64,000 nucleotides of DNA from Planctomycetota bacterium (GTDB lineage: Bacteria > Planctomycetota > Phycisphaerae > Phycisphaerales > SM1A02), in the NCBI GenBank assembly GCA_039796075.1, contig JBDKKN010000134.1, positions 9,484-73,483 of the forward strand, given 5' to 3'. A program made the translations under genes and the position numbers. A model generated the notes under the pieces. It saw only the letters and a program-made list of their open reading frames with translations, did not search any database and was not told the origin of the DNA. Positions within the stretch are counted from its first letter, which is position 1. Each line of letters starts with the position of its first letter. Below are positions 35,419-44,839 of the stretch, one piece after another.

Positions 35419-36432
35419 ATGAACGCGAACCTCTTCTACGCCGCCGCCGCCCTGGGTGCCGTCGTCCTGTATCTGATGATGGAGCCGCGCCCCGCGGCAT
35501 TCCGAGCCGCCCTGACCGTCTGCGGACTTGCCGCGGTCGCGCTAATCATCAGCGCCGTCGCACGCAACGCGCCGGTGCCCGAATCTGCTGGAGCTGACCC
35601 ATCATTCTGGGTGCATGTCATGGTGGCGTTGGTTGCCGTCGCTGGCGCAGCGCGCATGGTGACGCATCCGCGCCCGGTCTACGCAGCGCTGTATTTCGTA
35701 CTGGTGATCTTGGCAGTGTCCGTGAATTTCTTACTATTACAGGCTGAATTCATGGCATTTGCGCTCCTCATTGTCTACGCAGGCGCCATTCTTATCACCT
35801 ACCTCTTTGTACTCATGCTGGCGCAACAGTCCGGCGATCAGTCCATGCGCGGCGAAGAGTCTGCGTGGTACGACCGCACCCCACGCGAACCAATCGCCGC
35901 ACTGATCTTGGCGTTCATCATGCTCTCTGCAACGGGCGACGCGCTGTTCCGACGCGACAACTCAGTGCCGTGGCTTGCCTCACCTGCTGTGGTCGCGCGC
36001 GCCAACATCCGTGCCTGGGAGCGCATGGAAGACATGCCGGAACTCCTCCTGCGCGAGTCCGCTGCGATCGCTGAAACAGCCGGCATTTCTGACATAGCCA
36101 AACTGGAGCGCGGCGCTGACGGGCGCCTCATTTCCGTGGATCCTTCCGGAACCACCGCAAGCCTCACACTTCTCAGCACGAACGGCGATCGCCACCCCAT
36201 CACCCTGGATGGCACCGCCGCGCCAGCCAACTCCACTGCACTCGGCCACGCGTTGGTAGCACAGTTTCCAGTCAGCCTGGAACTTGCAGGCGTGATTCTC
36301 CTCATGGCACTGTTCGGCGCCGTGGTCTTGGCGCGCCGGCAGATGGCTATGGCAGAAGACGAACGCCGTGCAGCCGCCGGACTTCCCCGCATTGATGACG
36401 GCGGCTCACTCAGCCGCGGAGGTGCAGCATGA
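35419..36432 (+). CDS. nuoJ: NADH-quinone oxidoreductase subunit J, with a large internal insertion
   Basis: MNANLFYAAAALGAVVLYLM..., then AALYFVLVILAVSVNFLLLQAEFMAFALLIVYAGAILITYLFVLML (the NuoJ core) and a C-terminal helix ELAGVILLMALFGAVVLARR. A ~145-aa non-canonical segment lies between them. Confidence 0.8.
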   Translation: MNANLFYAAAALGAVVLYLMMEPRPAAFRAALTVCGLAAVALIISAVARNAPVPESAGADPSFWVHVMVALVAVAGAARMVTHPRPVYAALYFVLVILAVSVNFLLLQAEFMAFALLIVYAGAILITYLFVLMLAQQSGDQSMRGEESAWYDRTPREPIAALILAFIMLSATGDALFRRDNSVPWLASPAVVARANIRAWERMEDMPELLLRESAAIAETAGISDIAKLERGADGRLISVDPSGTTASLTLLSTNGDRHPITLDGTAAPANSTALGHALVAQFPVSLELAGVILLMALFGAVVLARRQMAMAEDERRAAAGLPRIDDGGSLSRGGAA

Positions 36433-36782
36433 TCACTCTCGCTTCGATTGGTTCCGTGGCACCCATGACCCCTGCCATGCCCGCCAACATCCAAGTGACG
36501 TTGGCATTGGCCATCATCCTCTTTGCGATCGGCTTGGTTGGGTTCCTCACACGTCGCAACATGATCCTGATGTTCTTGTCCACCGAGCTGATGTTCCAAG
36601 CGGCGGCGCTTGCGTTCGTTGCATTCGGCCGCATGTGGATGGATCTCTCTGGACAGTTGATGGTGATCTTCATCCTCACCGTCGCCGCCGCCGAGGCTGC
36701 ACTTGCGCTCGGCCTAGTGGTGCTCCTGTATCGCCGCAAAGAAACACTCAGCAGCGAAGCATGGGCAGAACTCAAGGAATGA
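36429..36782 (+). CDS. nuoK: NADH-quinone oxidoreductase subunit K
   Basis: LALAIILFAIGLVGFLTRRNMILMFLSTELMFQAAALAFVAF...VIFILTVAAAEAALALGLVVLLYR is the classic NuoK. The start overlaps the nuoJ stop. Confidence 0.9.
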   Translation: MITLASIGSVAPMTPAMPANIQVTLALAIILFAIGLVGFLTRRNMILMFLSTELMFQAAALAFVAFGRMWMDLSGQLMVIFILTVAAAEAALALGLVVLLYRRKETLSSEAWAELKE

Positions 36783-39172
36783 GCACCGTCGCGATTATTG
36801 CGCTCGCATCCGCTTTCGTCAGTCACGCCACGGCACACACACCAACGGCTTCCATGGAACCAGCACTCTTCACCACCCTCGCGCTCGCCCTCGGCGACGG
36901 CGCAATCGCAGCAGCCGATGGCCATGCCGTCGACGCCGCGCACGCCGTCCACGCAACGAGCGGTTACGCCGATGTCGGCCCGCTCCACTTCGTCAAGGCC
37001 GTCGCCAACCCTGATTTTGCGTGGCTCAAGTGGATGCTTCTTGCACCACTCGTTTCCGTGATTTTGTGTGGCGCCCTTGCAATGTTCAAAGTCAAGGGAC
37101 GCTTGCCAGCGCTCTTCACCGTGGCTGCCTTTGCGCTGTCCACTGCGATGGCTATCGCGCTGTACTTCCAGTTTGGACCAACACTCTTTGCAACGCACGC
37201 GCCGCTCACGGTGCCGTTCATGGACTGGCTCTCGCTGACCTGGGGCCCCGGGCCGTTCCAATCGTTCACTGCCAACCTCGGCTTCTACATCGACGGCATC
37301 AGCATGTTGTGGATGCTGTTCGTCACAGTGCTCGCCACGCTCATTGCGCTGTACGCCAGTGAATACATGGAGTCCGACCTCAAGGCCGGCTACGCGCGCT
37401 TCTTCTTTGCAGTCAGCCTGTTTGTGACAAGCATGCTCATCCTGGTGATGAGCGACAACTTGGTCGGCCTGTACCTCGGTTGGGAAGGCGTCGGCCTGTG
37501 CTCGTACATGCTGATCGGTTACTACGCCACGCAGCCCGGCGCCACTGCCGCTGCCAAGAAGGCGTTCATCATGAACCGGATCGGTGACCTTGGCCTGGCA
37601 TTGGCGATCTTCCTGATCTGGACTAACTACGGAACTGTGCAGTACGACAGCCTGTTCCAGGCGATTGCCGGCTCCACATCCGAAGCCGTGCAAGGCGGTT
37701 GGTCAAAGGCCGCGATCCCGTTCCTCTTGCTCCTTGCCGTGTGCGGTAAGAGCGCGCAGGGACCACTCTTCACGTGGCTCCCGGACGCCATGTGGGGCCC
37801 CACCCCGGTATCCGCACTCATTCACGCAGCCACCATGGTGACCGCGGGCATCTACCTGCTCGCGCGCATGGCGCCGTTCTACACCGTGCAAGCCATCGGC
37901 CCAGAGTGGGCAGAGACAGCACTTCTGACCGTCGGCTGGATCGGCTGCTTCACCGCGTTCATTGGCGCAACCATTGCATGCGGGCAGTTTGATTACAAGC
38001 GCGTGTTCGCTTACTCAACGATCAGTTCGCTTGGATACATGGTGATGGGGCTTGGAGTTGGCACTGCATTCGGCGGCGTGTACTACGTGTTCACGCATGC
38101 GTGGTTCAAGGCACTCTTGTTCCTGACCGCCGGCGCAGTGATGCACGGCATGGCCGGACAAGTTGACTTCCGTAAGTTGGGCGGCCTTCTCCGGGTGCCC
38201 GGCTTCCGACTCACCATGATCTGCATGTTGCTCGGCTGCCTCTGGCTTGCCACGGCACCGTTCAGCGCAGCGGCTGAATCAAAGGACATCATTCTGCTGA
38301 CGGCGCTCACCAGCCACGTGCAGCAGGTGCAGTGGATGGGTTGGATTGGCGTACTCACCGCAGGAATTACTGCGTACTACGCCTTCCGCGTGTGGTTCCG
38401 ATTGGCACTTGGTCCAGTGAAGATTGAACCGGGCGCAGATCAGCACGCTGATCATGGTCACGACGATCATGCTGGTCATGCCGATCACGCGCACGGATCC
38501 AACGCACACAGCGGCGCCGACGCGCATGCCGGACACGGTGCCGCACACGGCGGCGGCTTCCACCCGCACGCTCCAGGATTCCGCATCTCGTTGGTCCTCA
38601 CACTGCTCGCCATCGGCTCGGTCTTGGCAGGACTTCCCAGTTACCTGGCACACTCCCAAGGCTTCAACTGGATCCAACGCTTCGTGCAGAACTCCAGCGC
38701 TTGGATGCGCGCCGGCAACAGTGAGGAACACGGACAGATCCTCGGCCGCGACGCGCACAGCACACTCTTCATCATCGCTACCAGCGTGGTGGTTGCAGGC
38801 TTCCTGCTTGCGTGGATCTTGCATGCCAAGAACCGCGCGCTCGGCGACCGGCTCCGTGCGTCCATGCTTAATACCACCGGCCTCAAGTGGATTCCACTGG
38901 GCAGCGAACACGGCTGGTACGTGGATCAGTTCTACAACGCCATCATCGGCATCCCCGCGTGGCTAGGCGCACAGCTCTTGGCCTTCACTGATCGATTCGT
39001 CATCGACGGCGTGATCGTTGCCGCCATCGGTCGATTCCCCGGCTTTGTTGCTCGGGTGTTCCAGCCGCTCTACACCGGCACGGTGCAGAGCTACGCGCTC
39101 ACCATGGCGGGCGGAATCGGGCTGATCGTTGCATGGGTTGTTTGGGTCTGGCTCTCGGGAGGTGCCTCGTGA
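36779..39172 (+). CDS. nuoL: NADH-quinone oxidoreductase subunit L (extended, with His-rich insertion)
   Basis: The start ATG 36779 overlaps the nuoK stop (ATGA). Core motifs are YLGWEGVGLCSYMLIGYY, AFIMNRIGDLG, GKSAQGPLFTWLPDAMWGPTPVSALIHAATMVTAGIYL and HAWFKALLFL. At 797 aa it is longer than the ~610-660 that is typical. The first 137 aa of the ORF-track entry are rejected. Confidence 0.9.
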   Translation: MSTVAIIALASAFVSHATAHTPTASMEPALFTTLALALGDGAIAAADGHAVDAAHAVHATSGYADVGPLHFVKAVANPDFAWLKWMLLAPLVSVILCGALAMFKVKGRLPALFTVAAFALSTAMAIALYFQFGPTLFATHAPLTVPFMDWLSLTWGPGPFQSFTANLGFYIDGISMLWMLFVTVLATLIALYASEYMESDLKAGYARFFFAVSLFVTSMLILVMSDNLVGLYLGWEGVGLCSYMLIGYYATQPGATAAAKKAFIMNRIGDLGLALAIFLIWTNYGTVQYDSLFQAIAGSTSEAVQGGWSKAAIPFLLLLAVCGKSAQGPLFTWLPDAMWGPTPVSALIHAATMVTAGIYLLARMAPFYTVQAIGPEWAETALLTVGWIGCFTAFIGATIACGQFDYKRVFAYSTISSLGYMVMGLGVGTAFGGVYYVFTHAWFKALLFLTAGAVMHGMAGQVDFRKLGGLLRVPGFRLTMICMLLGCLWLATAPFSAAAESKDIILLTALTSHVQQVQWMGWIGVLTAGITAYYAFRVWFRLALGPVKIEPGADQHADHGHDDHAGHADHAHGSNAHSGADAHAGHGAAHGGGFHPHAPGFRISLVLTLLAIGSVLAGLPSYLAHSQGFNWIQRFVQNSSAWMRAGNSEEHGQILGRDAHSTLFIIATSVVVAGFLLAWILHAKNRALGDRLRASMLNTTGLKWIPLGSEHGWYVDQFYNAIIGIPAWLGAQLLAFTDRFVIDGVIVAAIGRFPGFVARVFQPLYTGTVQSYALTMAGGIGLIVAWVVWVWLSGGAS

Positions 39173-40854
39173 CACTCGCCGTCCTTCTGATCGTCCTGCC
39201 GCTCATCGGCGCCGTCACCTGCCTCGGCGTGAGCGAACGCGCCGCCAAGACCGTCGGCCTCATTGCCAGCCTGGTGGTATTGGCCGCAGCAACGCTGCTT
39301 GCATTCGAGTTCCCAGCGTGGACCACCGGCGCCTTCTGGCCAAACGAAGAGGGTTGGAAACTCTTCACCGCCTTCGGTGTTGAATTCCGTCTCGGCACTG
39401 ACGCCGTTGGCATGTTGCTGATCCTCCTCACCGCGGTGTTGATTCCGTGCAGCATGCTGGTGAGCTTCTCCGCCATCACCCAGCGGCAGCGCGGCTTCTA
39501 CGCGCAGTTCCTATTCATGGAATCGGCCGTCATGCTCGCCTTCCTGGCGCGCGACGTGATCCTCTTCTATATCGGTTACGAATTCACGCTGGTCCCGCTC
39601 TTCCTCATCGTTGCTATCTGGGGCGGCCAAGACCGTCGTCCGGCAGCAATCAAGTTGTGGGTCTACAGCTTTGTTGGATCGGTGATCTCGCTGGTTGGAT
39701 TCATCTACCTGGCCGCTGGTCACGCCACCGATACCGGCACAACCATTAACTTCAGCGTGCAGACCTTGGTGGAGTACGGCCAGACGCTGCCCGCAAGCAC
39801 GCAATGGTGGGTGTTCCTTGCCATCATGGGCGGATTTGCGGTCAAGGTGCCGTTTGTACCGGTGCATTCCTGGCTGCCATTGGCACACGGCGAAGCTCCC
39901 ACGGCTGGATCCGTGGTGCTTGCTGGCGTTGTCATCAAGATCGGTCAGTACGGCGCGCTGCGCTTTGCGTTCCCGATGGCACCCGAAGGCGCATTGGCGC
40001 TCGCACCCTTCTTTGCCGCGCTCGCCTTGATCGGCATCCTGGGCATGAGCTTGGTGTGCTGGGTGCAGAACGACGTGAAGCGATTGGTTGCTTACAGCTC
40101 CATCGCGCACATGGGTCTGGCGCTGCTGGCCATGTTTGCCTTCAACGTGGTGGGCATGGAAGGCGGAATCTTGTACATGGTCAACCACGGTCTCTCCACG
40201 GCCGGCATGTTTATGTGCATCGGCATCATGTATGAGCGCTACCACACCAAGGACATGGAAGTGGTGGGCGGACTCATGCAACGCATGCCGGTATGGAGCG
40301 TGTTCATGGTGTTCTTCGCCATGGCATCGCTCGCCCTGCCGGGTCTCAATGGATTCGTCAGTGAGTTCCTGTGCTTGATGGGTATTTACACCGCCGATGC
40401 CGGCATGAAGACCGGGTTCCCAGGAATCCTTGGTCCGACCTACGCCTTCTTAGCCGCACTGGCCTTGGTACTGGGCGCGCTCTACGTGTTGCGCATGCTG
40501 CAGAAGTTTGTGTTTGGACCGCTCCGCGAGCCAGGTCATGGACATGCAGGACACGCCCACGGTGGACATGATTCGCACAGCGCGCACGGTGACGGCAATC
40601 ACGCCGCGCACACCATTCAGGACGTGAACTTCCGCGAGATCTTGGCCATGGCTCCACTCGCCATCGCCTGCATCGTGATCGGCGTATGGCCAAAGCCGAT
40701 CTTGAATGTCATCGAACCGTGTGCTGCCAACGCGGTTGCCCCCTACGTCAAGCTCATCGAGCGCGACCTTGCCAATCCCCCACGCGCCACCGCGGATGAA
40801 AGCGCCACCAAGACCACCGCCGCGCCTGCCGCCGACAAGGGAGCCATCCAGTGA
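39169..40854 (+). CDS. nuoM: NADH-quinone oxidoreductase subunit M (with His-rich insertion)
   Basis: The GTG 39169 start overlaps the nuoL stop (GTGA). Core motifs are FYIGYEFTLVPLFLIV, KVPFVPVHSWLPLAHGEAPTAGSVVLAGV, LVAYSSIAHMG and YMVNHGLSTAGMF. Confidence 0.9.
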   Translation: MTLAVLLIVLPLIGAVTCLGVSERAAKTVGLIASLVVLAAATLLAFEFPAWTTGAFWPNEEGWKLFTAFGVEFRLGTDAVGMLLILLTAVLIPCSMLVSFSAITQRQRGFYAQFLFMESAVMLAFLARDVILFYIGYEFTLVPLFLIVAIWGGQDRRPAAIKLWVYSFVGSVISLVGFIYLAAGHATDTGTTINFSVQTLVEYGQTLPASTQWWVFLAIMGGFAVKVPFVPVHSWLPLAHGEAPTAGSVVLAGVVIKIGQYGALRFAFPMAPEGALALAPFFAALALIGILGMSLVCWVQNDVKRLVAYSSIAHMGLALLAMFAFNVVGMEGGILYMVNHGLSTAGMFMCIGIMYERYHTKDMEVVGGLMQRMPVWSVFMVFFAMASLALPGLNGFVSEFLCLMGIYTADAGMKTGFPGILGPTYAFLAALALVLGALYVLRMLQKFVFGPLREPGHGHAGHAHGGHDSHSAHGDGNHAAHTIQDVNFREILAMAPLAIACIVIGVWPKPILNVIEPCAANAVAPYVKLIERDLANPPRATADESATKTTAAPAADKGAIQ

Positions 40855-42440
40855 ACACCATGACCCCCGCCATTCTGGCCGCATCTACCAATCTCGGCCC
40901 CAAGTTCATGCTGATCGCACCGGAGGCGGTGCTCTTTGCGGGCGCTGTTCTGTGCGCCGTCATGGGGCTTTCGCATGCCCGAGCCTTCCGTGCCATGGTT
41001 CCATGGATTGCAGTGGTGGCATTGATTGCAACGTTCGTCACCATGCTGAAGGTGTGGACCCCCGAAGCCGCCACGGCCGCGCAGTTACCGATGCCGATGC
41101 TCGGCAAATACATCATCGCGCTGTTGTGCGTGGTGGGCGTTGGTCACGTGCTCGCTTCGATCGGTAGCGTTGATCGCGCCGTAGAGCGTCAAGTTGCCTC
41201 CGGCACCGGCGCGTTTGACCCCGTGCGCGTGATTCAAGGCGAGTTCTACGCATTCATCTTGCTGTCCCTGTGCGGCGGCATGTTGCTCTGCCACGCCACT
41301 GACTTGGTGTGGCTGTTCCTGGCATTTGAACTGTGCTCACTGCCCACGTACGTCTTGGTAGCAATCGGTCGCGGTGCGGACCGCAGTATGGAAGCGGCCA
41401 TCAAGTACTTCTTCTTGGGCGCGATGAGTACTGCCACCCTGCTACTCGGCTTTGCGTTCCTGTATGGAGCCACTGGCACGCTTGAACTCAGCGCCATGCG
41501 CGAGTCGTTCCAGATGCAGGCTCAGACTGGCGGCATTGGCAGCGTGGCGATCGTTGGCATGCTGCTGGCCGTGATCGGTATCTGCTTCAAGTTGGCCGCG
41601 GTTCCCATGCACTTCTACGCGCCCGATGTCTATGAAGGCGCTTCCAGCCCGGTGGCTGCGTTCATCAGTTTCGTGCCGAAAGTGCAAGGGTTTGTCACGC
41701 TCATCGTCCTGCTTGGCACGGTTGGCTGGAGCGCCAACGGCGACAGCAGCATTCCGCCGGTCATCGCCGCGGTGCTGTGGATGATTGCGGTCCTCACCAT
41801 GACGCTTGGCAACATCGGCGCGCTCTTGCAGCGGTCGGCCAAGCGCATGCTGGCGTACAGCTCTATCGCCAATTCCGGCTACATGCTGGTTGGCATTCTG
41901 GCTGGACCAACCATCGGCATCGATGCCACGCTTCTCTATCTCTTGACCTACGGCGTGGCCAATCTGGCAACCTTCGGTTCGTTGGCTGCCATCGAACGCA
42001 ATGGGCATGAAGTGGATTCCATTGATGACCTCGCGGGTCTGCGCGTGCGTGCCCCGATGGTTGCAGCGGCGCTTGCTATCGGCGCGCTGAGCCTGACCGG
42101 CATCCCGCCCCTCCTTGGGTTCTGGGGAAAGCTGGACCTCTTTGTGGCCAGCGCCGAAAGTCATCAGCGCACGTTGCTAGTGATCATGGCGCTCAACAGC
42201 GGCGTGGCTGCGTTCTACTACCTGCGCTTGGTGGCGATGCCGTTCGTGCAAGAGCCAACGCCACGAACGCAAGGCGTCTCACCGGTTCCATCCGTGTGGC
42301 CGCGGCTCAGCGCGCTGATCTTTGCGGCTGGGTGCATTGCCCTACCGTTCTTTGCCAATGAACTGAAGGGCGAGGCCGCCGCCGCGGCGCGCACGGACCT
42401 TGACAAGCAGGCGACCGTGGCACAATCGGTCAAGAAGTAA
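40851..42440 (+). CDS. nuoN: NADH-quinone oxidoreductase subunit N
   Basis: FLAFELCSLPTYVLV, IKYFFLGAMSTA, KLAAVPMHFYAPDVYEGASSPVAAF and MLAYSSIANSGYML. The start overlaps the nuoM stop. Confidence 0.9.
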   Translation: MNTMTPAILAASTNLGPKFMLIAPEAVLFAGAVLCAVMGLSHARAFRAMVPWIAVVALIATFVTMLKVWTPEAATAAQLPMPMLGKYIIALLCVVGVGHVLASIGSVDRAVERQVASGTGAFDPVRVIQGEFYAFILLSLCGGMLLCHATDLVWLFLAFELCSLPTYVLVAIGRGADRSMEAAIKYFFLGAMSTATLLLGFAFLYGATGTLELSAMRESFQMQAQTGGIGSVAIVGMLLAVIGICFKLAAVPMHFYAPDVYEGASSPVAAFISFVPKVQGFVTLIVLLGTVGWSANGDSSIPPVIAAVLWMIAVLTMTLGNIGALLQRSAKRMLAYSSIANSGYMLVGILAGPTIGIDATLLYLLTYGVANLATFGSLAAIERNGHEVDSIDDLAGLRVRAPMVAAALAIGALSLTGIPPLLGFWGKLDLFVASAESHQRTLLVIMALNSGVAAFYYLRLVAMPFVQEPTPRTQGVSPVPSVWPRLSALIFAAGCIALPFFANELKGEAAAAARTDLDKQATVAQSVKK

Positions 42441-42515
42441 GCACCGATTCAGCACCCCCAGGAACGGTAATTTCGCTATCATCTCCCCTCCTCCTGCAGC
42501 AATGCAGACGGACAC

Positions 42516-42589
42516 GCGACCGTAGCTCAATTGGATAGAGCATCGGTCTACGAAACCGAAGGTTGGAGGTTCGAGCCCTCCCGGTCGCG
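42516..42589 (+). tRNA. tRNA-Arg (anticodon ACG)
   Basis: GCGACCG TA GCTC AATTGGATA GAGC A TCGGT CTACGAA ACCGA AGGTT GGAGG TTCGAGC CCTCC CGGTCGC G. All four stems pair perfectly. The anticodon loop is CT-ACG-AA. Confidence 0.95.
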
Positions 42590-42592
42590 CTT

Positions 42593-42632
42593 GAAACGCC
42601 CTTGGCATAACGCCAGGGGCGTTTCTCATTTC
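42593..42632 (+). terminator. Rho-independent terminator after tRNA-Arg(ACG), possibly bidirectional
   Basis: gaaacgcccttggc (42593-42606) pairs with gccaggggcgtttc (42612-42625), 14 bp including one G.U, with loop ataac. A T-rich tail tcatttc follows. It sits between the tRNA and the convergent DUF3817 gene. Confidence 0.65.
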
Positions 42633-42676
42633 ACGGTCCTGGGTTGGAATCGCACGGGGTGACCGGCACGTGCGAA

Positions 42677-42967
42677 CTAGCCCCGCTTAATGACCCAACG
42701 CTCAAAGAGCCAGGTTGTAAATGGTGGCACCGATGCCAGAAGTGCAAGCGCTGTCACCGCCAAGCTCCAGCGTGCCTCGCGCGCGAGGCGCAGTGCGGCA
42801 ATGCAATAGATCACAAAGAGAACACCATGGACTGGGCCCATGACCTGTACGCCGATCGGGTTGTTCATCGCCCCATACTTGCAGTACATGCCAACCAAGA
42901 GACCAGCCCAGGACAATGCTTCCAACAGCGCGGCAATTCGAAACTGCGTGCGAATACTGGTCATCAA
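42677..42967 (-). CDS. DUF3817-family small integral membrane protein
   Basis: 96 aa with 3 TM helices. FRIAALLEALSWAGLLVGMYCKY...PVHGVLFVIYCIAAL...LLASVPPFTTWLFERW matches the DUF3817 pattern I know. Confidence 0.7.
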   Translation of the reverse strand: MMTSIRTQFRIAALLEALSWAGLLVGMYCKYGAMNNPIGVQVMGPVHGVLFVIYCIAALRLAREARWSLAVTALALLASVPPFTTWLFERWVIKRG

Positions 42968-44751
42968 TGAGGCTCCTGTAAATCGATTGCTGCCACCGCA
43001 CTCTCACGCTGCCAAGCCGCTACCACCAGCGGAACAAGCGTGACACCAAGTAACGCCGCGCGCACGCCGTTCAGCCAGCCGAACTGAAACCCGAGCGCAT
43101 CAACGAACGCCGGCTCCATCGGCACAAGTATCACCAACGCACCGAGTAACCCCATGAATGCCACGGGCCGTACATCCGGACTACGATGACCGACCGGCCC
43201 CACCAGCCTCCCGGCGATGACCGACGCGCCGGTCGCCAGTGCAAGGGTAACCACTGGGACCACAAAGAGAAATGACGCCGCCGGCGCCAGCACCGCCGCT
43301 GTGCCCGCCAACGCCCACCATGGAACCCACGCTCCCAGCAGCGCACTCCACGGGTCGATGCGGCGCCGCGCTAACCACGCGCCCACGCCGATTGCCACGG
43401 CCATCGCTGCCACCAACAGCAGCGCGTTCAACACCTGTAACCGTGGCCCGGCGGTTGCCATGGTTAGTCCCGCCGACTGCGCGGCCAATTGGAAACCCCA
43501 GCCGATCCCAGCCACCACGCAGAGTTGCACGAACACCGCCAGCAACACCTGTGCCGCACCTTTGCCGGGCGCGCGCGAACGTTTCACGGCTCCCGGCTCT
43601 GAACGCCGCATCGCAATGGAACGCACGGCATTCCATGCAGCAACCACCGCCACCGTCAGCGCGCTGGCGATCACCATCACTAGCGTCCACTGCTCTGGCC
43701 ATCGAACGATGAACTGCCCAAGCACATCGCCAAAGACTGCTCGTGCCGTGGGGATCTCACCCGCTGGCAATCGCTCATCAAGCGCGCGCACCAATGCAAG
43801 CCCGGTGCGCCCCATGTGGTCGCGCGAATACTTCGACTGACGCTCTACCGTATCAAGCGGTGTGTGGTACGCGGCAACATCACCAATGAATGCGATGTTG
43901 AATCCCGTCATGCCCGCTTGCAAGAACACTGTGAAGTCGGTGCCGTTGGGCATGGCGCCGTAGACAACACCCATGAGTGAATTGGTGCGCGGCGCATTCA
44001 CACGCTCCGCCATCATGTCCGCAAGCCACGCCGTCTGCGGACCCGTCTCAAAGATAAATGCCGGCCCTGCCGCTCCGCGCGCGTCCATATTGACGACCGC
44101 TCGAAGCGAACTAGTCAGCGGTGATTGCGTCATGTTCGCGGCGAACGCCTGCGCGCCCAAGAGCCCGCGCTCTTCACCGTCAGTCAGCAAGATCAGCACA
44201 TCATGTTGCGGCGGGTCCACAAGCAGCGCGCGCGCGATACCCAACGCAGCCGCTACGCCCGCGCCGTCATCCGACGCACCGGGTGCGCCGGGTGCACTGT
44301 CGGTGTGCGCAACCACCAGCACTTGCGCGGGTCCCGGAGTCCTGCCCGGCACCCGCACCAGAAGATTTTCCAGGTCCACCCCCCCTGCCCGGCGCTCAAT
44401 GCGCATGGGCTGACGATCCACAGAAAGGCCGGCCGTAGTGAGCAGCTCAACCACCCGGTCCCGCCCCGCTGCAGCCTCTGGGGTACCCGCCACGCGAGGC
44501 TCTCCAGGACCCATAAATGCCTGCAAATCCAGCGCTGCACGCTCAGAATCAAACTCAGAATCCAACGTGGAATCGGAAAATCCGCGGCTCAGCAGCCCCG
44601 GCCAGCACTGCATGCCCCACCCCAGAATGCTGCAGAGAAACACGGAAACAATCCCCGCGACCATCCAGCGGTGGCCCGCCTGAACCCAAAAATAACGTCC
44701 GAGTAACCGCATGTTTAGTGAACCATCCATTTGATGTGTGCGTTTTTGCAC
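42964..44751 (-). CDS. Membrane-anchored M28-family metallopeptidase with C-terminal polytopic domain
   Basis: N-terminal TM helix, then the M28 core LVVAHTDSAPGAPGASDDGAGVAAALGIARAL, LILLTDGEERGLLGA and VVNMDARG. About 6 C-terminal TM helices follow, an ERMP1-like arrangement. Confidence 0.8.
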   Translation of the reverse strand: MQKRTHQMDGSLNMRLLGRYFWVQAGHRWMVAGIVSVFLCSILGWGMQCWPGLLSRGFSDSTLDSEFDSERAALDLQAFMGPGEPRVAGTPEAAAGRDRVVELLTTAGLSVDRQPMRIERRAGGVDLENLLVRVPGRTPGPAQVLVVAHTDSAPGAPGASDDGAGVAAALGIARALLVDPPQHDVLILLTDGEERGLLGAQAFAANMTQSPLTSSLRAVVNMDARGAAGPAFIFETGPQTAWLADMMAERVNAPRTNSLMGVVYGAMPNGTDFTVFLQAGMTGFNIAFIGDVAAYHTPLDTVERQSKYSRDHMGRTGLALVRALDERLPAGEIPTARAVFGDVLGQFIVRWPEQWTLVMVIASALTVAVVAAWNAVRSIAMRRSEPGAVKRSRAPGKGAAQVLLAVFVQLCVVAGIGWGFQLAAQSAGLTMATAGPRLQVLNALLLVAAMAVAIGVGAWLARRRIDPWSALLGAWVPWWALAGTAAVLAPAASFLFVVPVVTLALATGASVIAGRLVGPVGHRSPDVRPVAFMGLLGALVILVPMEPAFVDALGFQFGWLNGVRAALLGVTLVPLVVAAWQRESAVAAIDLQEPH

Positions 44752-44839
44752 TGTCGAGTTAGACTCGTTGTCAGCCTCGCTCTGTACACGGCAGGCACTC
44801 GACGTTAGTTATTAGAAGCCATACCAGGAGATTATCACG

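Noticed and set aside
34541-35500. Full 319-aa version of the pgsA ORF (and the 394-aa version of nuoJ from 35248)
   Set aside because: The extensions are Arg/Gly/Pro-rich. They overlap each other on opposite strands in what is most simply a ~200-bp divergent promoter region. The conserved protein N-termini begin at 35218 and 35419.
36368-36778. First 137 aa of the 934-aa ORF that contains nuoL
   Set aside because: This stretch overlaps the end of nuoJ and all of nuoK, which lies in another frame and has an unmistakable NuoK sequence. The extension is His/Arg/Pro-rich nonsense. ATG 36779 gives the usual ATGA coupling to nuoK.
36410-37693. 427-aa minus-strand ORF
   Set aside because: It is antisense to nuoK/nuoL and has no motifs. 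Other antisense ORFs within the nuo genes, 39511-40281 and 41442-42164, are rejected for the same reason.
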